Shown one piece after another: positions 57,694 through 64,000 of a stretch of DNA of 64,000 nucleotides. The first letter of the stretch is position 1; each line of letters begins with the position of its first letter. The translations under genes and the position numbers were made by a program. The stretch is from Lingula anatina (taxonomy: Eukaryota; Animalia; Brachiopoda): positions 3,100,001-3,164,000 of the forward strand of contig CM120649.1 in NCBI GenBank assembly GCA_051362555.1. The letters are read 5' to 3'. The notes beneath the pieces are model-generated. The model saw nothing but the letters and a program-made list of their open reading frames with translations. It ran no database searches and was not told the DNA's origin.

Positions 57694-59642
57694 CGTCAAA
57701 TATTCAGTGTTGACAGGTTTTTGCGGTATTCGTTAAACTTGATATCGCCACTGGGTGTAAAATAACATATCGGTTTCTTGACAACTGATCTGTCGCCGCG
57801 GGGTGGCACCCTCATGAGGGATGAAGATGGTAATTCAAGACAAGCTTAGGGCGGAGAATTAAAACATACTTCAAACGCCTTCAGAGTTTATTTTCTTTTA
57901 TTCATACTTGCTTTAGTAGCGATATCTGTACTTTAAAGTAAAAATAACTACATGTAGTAAACCTCATTAAAACTGTTTAACTATCAAAATACTGTTCATT
58001 TCTTGTGGCCAAAATAATATGTCTTCTTCAAAACAGACTTATTTCTGCGACAGCCTCAGGCACGTTAGGGGTTTAAAATGTTCGTGTGAAGTGTTGACAT
58101 CTCTTGAAAAACATGGATGCTCTTTTTTGTCACAAATAGTCGCCTTTTTGTTGGACAACAGAGATCAGATTGCTCAATTTTCAACTTCTGTCACTCTCAA
58201 TTTTGGAAACTTGATAGCAAAATTATCCCCCTCAACCTATAAGGCGTGTTAACGATCTCTTCTAAGCTGGAAAGAGCGGGGGAGACATTTGCCGGGTTTA
58301 CCCAAATTAATCAGACTGTTCACGGAACATAGTAATTCGAACCAAAATGGTACATAAATTGTGTATACGTTAATAAGCTATGCATTTGGAATGACGAGTA
58401 ACTTTTAAAAAGTTTATTAAGAAGCCATTTGTCTCGCTATTTAAATTTTGTACATTTTCATCTTAACACGACGATATTAAAGTCACGAACCAAATCCAAG
58501 AAGATAAAGTACTTTGATTTTCTGCAATCCTGGTATGTAATCAGCGTGTCACTTCCGTGAGTGTAAACCTGCCTATGCATCCATCCCAATGTTTTTAATC
58601 AACATAAAAAATACAGGAACAGGAATTTTTGCCATTGCGATTCGTCTCGCCTGCCCTACCGTTGTGACTGCAGGTGACGAGGTCATGACCTCAGGTAAAA
58701 TATGTCATCCAGAAGTTGTCACCTGTCCTACAAGTATGTCACCTCAGATTACGTCGGCACTTGTTCTGAAAATAAGAAGAGAGAAATTCCACAGAATATC
58801 GATTCGGTTGATTCCAATTAGCCCAAACTGAAAGCAATCACATTATTCAACCAACTCTTTCATCATATACATATGCCAGGAGCTGCTATTACCCTTCAAA
58901 ATTGCTGGGGGTTATTCAGATTTAGGATACGCTTTATTTAAACATGCTAACCAAAATTTAAATTGTTAAAAAGATTGATCAGAATTTCAAATTAAGATTT
59001 TAGGTATATTGTGTTTAATTCTATATGCGGTCCGGACAGCCTAGATAATGTGAATGATGAAATTCCTCTTTCGTGTCTATTTTATGTTGGCACGCAAACG
59101 TTGAAAACTAGTACGAAATAAGTACGTGCTTCTTAATATCATAAAGGTATTATCAAATAGGAAATTCTGGGAAACGTTTGTTGTGCATGATGTATATGTA
59201 TGCAGGTAGACTCGTTAGCTCATAAAGTGAACAATTTTATATGAAAGCAACATGTCCCAAGGGCATGCCACATTGCAAATAGAGCTTAGTGGCATTGTTA
59301 CTGTCATTATAGTGACATTACAATTATGTTGCATTCAGCAGAATACTTGTTTTGTATCGATTACCAATTACCATCTTGTTTTTATTAGAAAAAAAAACCA
59401 TGTGGCTGGACCGTTGCATTGTCGCTATAATAAACGTCAGTATAAAATCTCAACAAGATTTGGGAGGAAAAAATAATAGGCACGTGTGTGTGTTGGAATC
59501 AAACTGCTCGCCAATGCTGGAATTTTGAACTGGTACATTTTTGTGGATTAACAATTTTCAACTTGGAGTCGCCCCTAAATATGATGATTGATAATTCATT
59601 ATATTCATTCATATCATTATCTCTGTATCACTACTTCTCTAC

Positions 59643-59682
<40 letters not shown>

Positions 59683-61799
59683 TTTGACACTGTACTACGA
59701 AGGGTAGCACAATATCATGTCGCTTAGTCCACAACGATCTATCTTCTTAACGGAAGACATCCCGACGTCTTCAAGATACACCCTTCGGCTAGACGATAAA
59801 TGACAAAACTCTGAAGATGAATCGATGCAAACAAGGACACGAAGATGAATAGTTTCATGTTTCTTATTCTCACTCAACGTAAACTGTGTGAAGATAGATA
59901 AATTATAAAAAACGCGGCCTCTGTACGGACAAATATCATGCATACACAAAGCCTCTGCAAAAATATCCACAATAATGACAGCGTCCCTGGTAGAGGGTAC
60001 TGATTTGTTCAGGTACATGTAAGCCCCGTCCTAGATTTTGACCCACTTACGTCACTTTAACCCAACCTGCAAGAATCTAATGACGGGCGGATTCGCTGTT
60101 ACACAGGGTAGGTTCTCTGTTTTTTTGTTATTTTTCTACCGATTCCTACTGGAATATTGTTTGTTTATTCCTGTCGTTGGATCTGTGAACGAGAGCTACC
60201 CTCGGAGCTTGTGTGACATTACCTTTGTGGCATATATATGTAATCTGACGACACGAAGAGCAATTCTTTAAATATCATGTTGCAATACAAAACGATAAAT
60301 CTTCTTCATTTTTCCCTTTTGGAATCTGTTTAAGTGTAAATAATATCGGAGGTAAGCTGATCACCCGCTATTTTTTATGGGGGGGGGGGGGGGGGGCGGA
60401 GTTTTTTAAGTGTAAATGATATAGGTTGTAGGCTGCTTCCCGCCTCGCCTCCCAAGGAAAAAAGTTTAACGAGGTGCATCATTAGTCACGCACAAAAATA
60501 GGCTAGAATAGACATTTATGGAAGGTGGATCTCCTGTCGGTCTCCCGCCATCGGTCGTCGAGGTATGTGCGAGCCTAGGCAAAAATCATTGGCTCCTGAA
60601 CACGAGCGGGTCGGAAGTAAATCGGTCCAAAATTTGAGTTGTCTAAACGGGCCTCTGCCTTTCTGTGTAAATTTTCTTTTAAGGTTAAGAGAAGTCACTT
60701 CCGTAAGGAGGTTGCGTATTATGAAATGACAACACACTCAATATTGAAAAAGAATCGAGCTTTTGTTGATCAACTGTGTGTATTGCTTTCATTTTCCTTC
60801 CTCTTTTATGTCCAGCGAACACGGCGCGCTGTAAGCTGAGCTATCGGCATTGTGAGGTCACAATTAGCAGCACAACTCGTTTATCTCATTTGTGACGAAA
60901 CAAAGTTAATTTTCATTGTACTGTTCTCATAACTGCACTTGCTCAGTCATTGTAAAACTCCCGGTTGAGGACTTCAGCTGGAGAAATATTATTTTTTGAC
61001 ATAGTTTTGATAAAAAAAATAAATCGCCAATAAGTCCTCCCCCATATTTCTAATTATGGGAAAATGTACAGCTTATAGCTCGATTTCAGCAAAAATCGGC
61101 TGATGTGTTTACTCTTTACCCATTGTGTCTAGCTTTAGATTGAGCTTTACACTAGAAATGTTTTTGTTTGCTAGTTTGTGTTTGTACATGTCCATTTTTC
61201 GGGTGCTGAGGTACTGGTATAAATTTTGTACCATGTGTGCCTAGCTTTAGGGGTGAATCCAGGCCCTCCCGAAATGTCCCCAAGACTACGAACTAGAGAC
61301 CATAGTATGTTTTATGTAAAGAACAACAATCAGAGCGGGACCACATAAAAATGATGAAGATGTCAAAGTGGTGCATGCCTCAAATGTTTTATGAGGAGTA
61401 AAAAGGGAGACTTTGTGTGCGGTTCAGATCCAATTGCAGATATCATTTTATTACAGTGAGTTTTGAAAAATTATTTTTTGGTGAAAACATGATGGATGTG
61501 CGTTGAGGTAAAAGAGTTGGCTGTTTTCGACGTCGTCAAAAAGCACTTCTCTTGCCGGAGAAGATATTTTTGTATGCCATTAAAACTGTTGGTGTTATGG
61601 TTTATTTGGAAATGAATGAATGCCCTGTTTAAATTAAATGTTAGGAATTTGTGACATATTTCTTAGATCGGATGATAAATGAAATAAAAAATGAAATTTA
61701 AAGGTAGAAATTAAAGATTAGATGTAATTTAGTTTTGGCTAGTTTTAGGAGATTAAAATGGACATAAAGGGATCAACATTAGCCAGTCGTGGGAAATAG

Positions 61800-61804
<5 letters not shown>

Positions 61805-61846
<42 letters not shown>

Positions 61847-61979
61847 TGAAAAATTTCAGTATAAGAAAGTACATATACCCAAGTATGGTAAATGCACACT
61901 GCACACTCACTCACTCTCTTACCCACACTCTCTCTCACACACACACGAATATAAGTTTATAATCTCATGAACAATAGGT

Positions 61980-62023
<44 letters not shown>

Positions 62024-64000
62024 GATCGATACCACAATGTATTCATCCATAACTACAACATATTATTAAGCAAAAAGTGCAAAATATTATTTTGCTGAAG
62101 CTAATTAAATTCAAACATGTCTGACCAATTTTCCCATTTTTTTTCAAAGTTTGTTAAATTTAGCTTTTTTAATGCATTGAATTTTTCTATTATAAATTGA
62201 TCCTTTATGTAATTTATGAGTGAAGAAAGACGCATACTTTCTTTCTTTTTGAAACTTTTGTAAATATAAAATTTCGTACAAAGAATAACAAAATTAATTG
62301 GGCTGTTTGGGTTTGTTGGATAGCCGAAAAGGATGCATTTTTCATTAAAGGTAATGTTTTTATTCGTTCTGTTAAAGATGTAAGCTTTCAGTTCTTCCCA
62401 AATTTTTTTACTATACGCGCATTGGAAGAAAGTATGCGAAATGTCTTCCCCTGCAACACCACAAAGAGAACAGACGTCATCGTTTTCAATCCCTATAGTT
62501 TTTAAATATGATTTAACAGGCAGGAGCCTATGTATTATGCGGTATTGGAACCACTGCAGTTTGGTGTTCTTTGTTGTTTCGAAACAGTTCTTATAGACAT
62601 CTTTCCAATGTACATCAAAATTTGACTTTGCGTTCCATTTTTTTTCATTTGTCATTCGTGTAGCTGGCTTGTAGAGAGTTTGATAAAAGTCTCTACAGCC
62701 TTTACTATGTTTGATAAGAAGCTCTATTGCTTGAGGCAAAAAAGGGTGAGAGGTGATCTCAAGAACATCGTTATGCGTTTTATTCATAAGCCTGTGCTTA
62801 ATAGAATTTCGTATACCATAAAATGTAAGCGCACAACAAAGGCTAGATTGTAGGCTAAATTTTTGTTCAAATTCTTCCTTTGTTAAAATTCTGTTACTTT
62901 CAAGAAAATCGCTAACAATTTTGACGCCTTTGTTAAACCATTTTCTTATAAACACAGGCTTGCCCCCAATCTTAAAATTATCATTATACCAAATCGGCTC
63001 CACAGATATTATACTTTTTCTTTCTAGTAAGCGTGTTAACACTAATTTCCAGGAAACCAGAACATCTTTCCAAAAACAGTTACTACAATCCTTAATAAGC
63101 TTGTCTAGATACGCATTCCCAAAAGTAAATATATAACTTATTACATCTCGATCAAAAATAGCTTGGAGAAGTGGAGCATATATGTTGTCTGTTTGATAAA
63201 TTCTTCTAATCCAAGTACATTTAAGAGAAGCAATAAAGTCAAATAAATCTAGCATCTTAAGACCACCTTGTTCATAATTACCAGTTATTACACTCCTTTT
63301 CACTTTTTCCGTCTTTTTGCCCCATATAAATTGAAAGAACATTGTGTTTAGTAATTTCATGTATGTTTCATCTGGATTGGGAAGGGAAATGAATAGGTGG
63401 TTTAGCATGGGTACAACCAGGGTTTTCAGTACAGTGATTTTGCCAATGGGCGTCAAAGGTCTCCTTTCCCATTGTTGCAACATTCTTTTAATTTTTACGA
63501 TGTATTGTTCAAAATTAGTTTTTATCATATCCTGCAAATTCAATGTAAATTCAATACCTAACAAATTAAAACTGTCATAAACCCAATTCATCTTCCATCT
63601 TACATGGTGAAACACCTCCTTGCTAAACTTTTTTGCGCCAATCCAAATTAGTTTGGTCTTACTCTTATTTATCGCCAAACCTGATATTTTTGAAAAGAAA
63701 TCAAGTGTATTAAATGCTGCAAGAAATGAGAGTCTGCTGCCGTTGAGAATGAGGGTAGTGTCGTCAGCATATTGTGATATTCTAAATTCTGTATTCTCTA
63801 TCTTTATACCAGTAATATCACTATTATTCTTGATCAGTAACGAAAGTATTTCAGCACATAAAATAAAAATGTACGGGGAGAGGGGGTCACCCTGACGGCA
63901 TCCTCTCGAGATTCTGAAGTACTCGGATAAATGACCGCACTGACTAATGGAGGCGCTGCAGTCGAAATTTAATATCCCAAACCATTTTTTAATAGCGTCA
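61805..64000 (-). mobile_element. L1/Tx1-clade non-LTR retrotransposon, 3' portion (cut by the window edge)
   Basis: Open ORF2, a 3'UTR of about 255 nt, and AATAAA abutting a 40-nt poly(A) tail (T run 61805-61844). Confidence 0.95.
62101..63999 (-). CDS. LINE ORF2 reverse transcriptase C-terminal part plus zf-RVT
   Basis: The frame is open from the window edge: ...RGCRQGDPLSPYIF...ISQYADDTT...SGLAINKSKT...GGLKM...WFQYRIIHRLL...CSLCGVAGEDISHTFFQC. Confidence 0.95.
   Translation of the reverse strand, partial: DAIKKWFGILNFDCSASISQCGHLSEYFRISRGCRQGDPLSPYIFILCAEILSLLIKNNSDITGIKIENTEFRISQYADDTTLILNGSRLSFLAAFNTLDFFSKISGLAINKSKTKLIWIGAKKFSKEVFHHVRWKMNWVYDSFNLLGIEFTLNLQDMIKTNFEQYIVKIKRMLQQWERRPLTPIGKITVLKTLVVPMLNHLFISLPNPDETYMKLLNTMFFQFIWGKKTEKVKRSVITGNYEQGGLKMLDLFDFIASLKCTWIRRIYQTDNIYAPLLQAIFDRDVISYIFTFGNAYLDKLIKDCSNCFWKDVLVSWKLVLTRLLERKSIISVEPIWYNDNFKIGGKPVFIRKWFNKGVKIVSDFLESNRILTKEEFEQKFSLQSSLCCALTFYGIRNSIKHRLMNKTHNDVLEITSHPFLPQAIELLIKHSKGCRDFYQTLYKPATRMTNEKKWNAKSNFDVHWKDVYKNCFETTKNTKLQWFQYRIIHRLLPVKSYLKTIGIENDDVCSLCGVAGEDISHTFFQCAYSKKIWEELKAYIFNRTNKNITFNEKCILFGYPTNPNSPINFVILCTKFYIYKSFKKKESMRLSSLINYIKDQFIIEKFNALKKLNLTNFEKKWENWSDMFEFN

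Overview
AT-rich animal genomic DNA. The repeat families and the secreted protein suggest a mollusc or related lophotrochozoan, but this is inference. The window holds four main components. (1) A complete TBL1X/TBL1XR1/ebi-type gene (LisH + WD40) with 14 coding exons on the + strand (CDS 11593-29856, 1470 nt, 489 aa). (2) A two-coding-exon gene (34246-35735, 301 aa) for a secreted Gly/Ser/Tyr-rich protein with SYGD heptad repeats and a C-terminal chitin-binding type-2-like Cys domain. (3) Eight intron-containing tRNA-Tyr(GTA) genes in both orientations (40796-47166). (4) The 3' part of an apparently intact, young L1/Tx1-type LINE running off the right end. Introns and intergenic DNA carry many TWA-flanked MITEs, a 2.5-kb non-autonomous TIR element, Helentron-like satellite-bearing elements and microsatellites. 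The main oddities are as follows. The 5' end of TBL1 coding exon 1 mimics the start of exon 2 at codon level, so back-splicing would give a LisH-only micropeptide. Tandem duplications repeatedly straddle TBL1 splice sites. One MITE family sits at the same site in the TIR of another family twice, apparently independently. The tRNA cluster has mosaic flanks and a templated-insertion scar, and it lies next to a Tyr-rich structural protein gene. All calls were made by eye, with no database searches.
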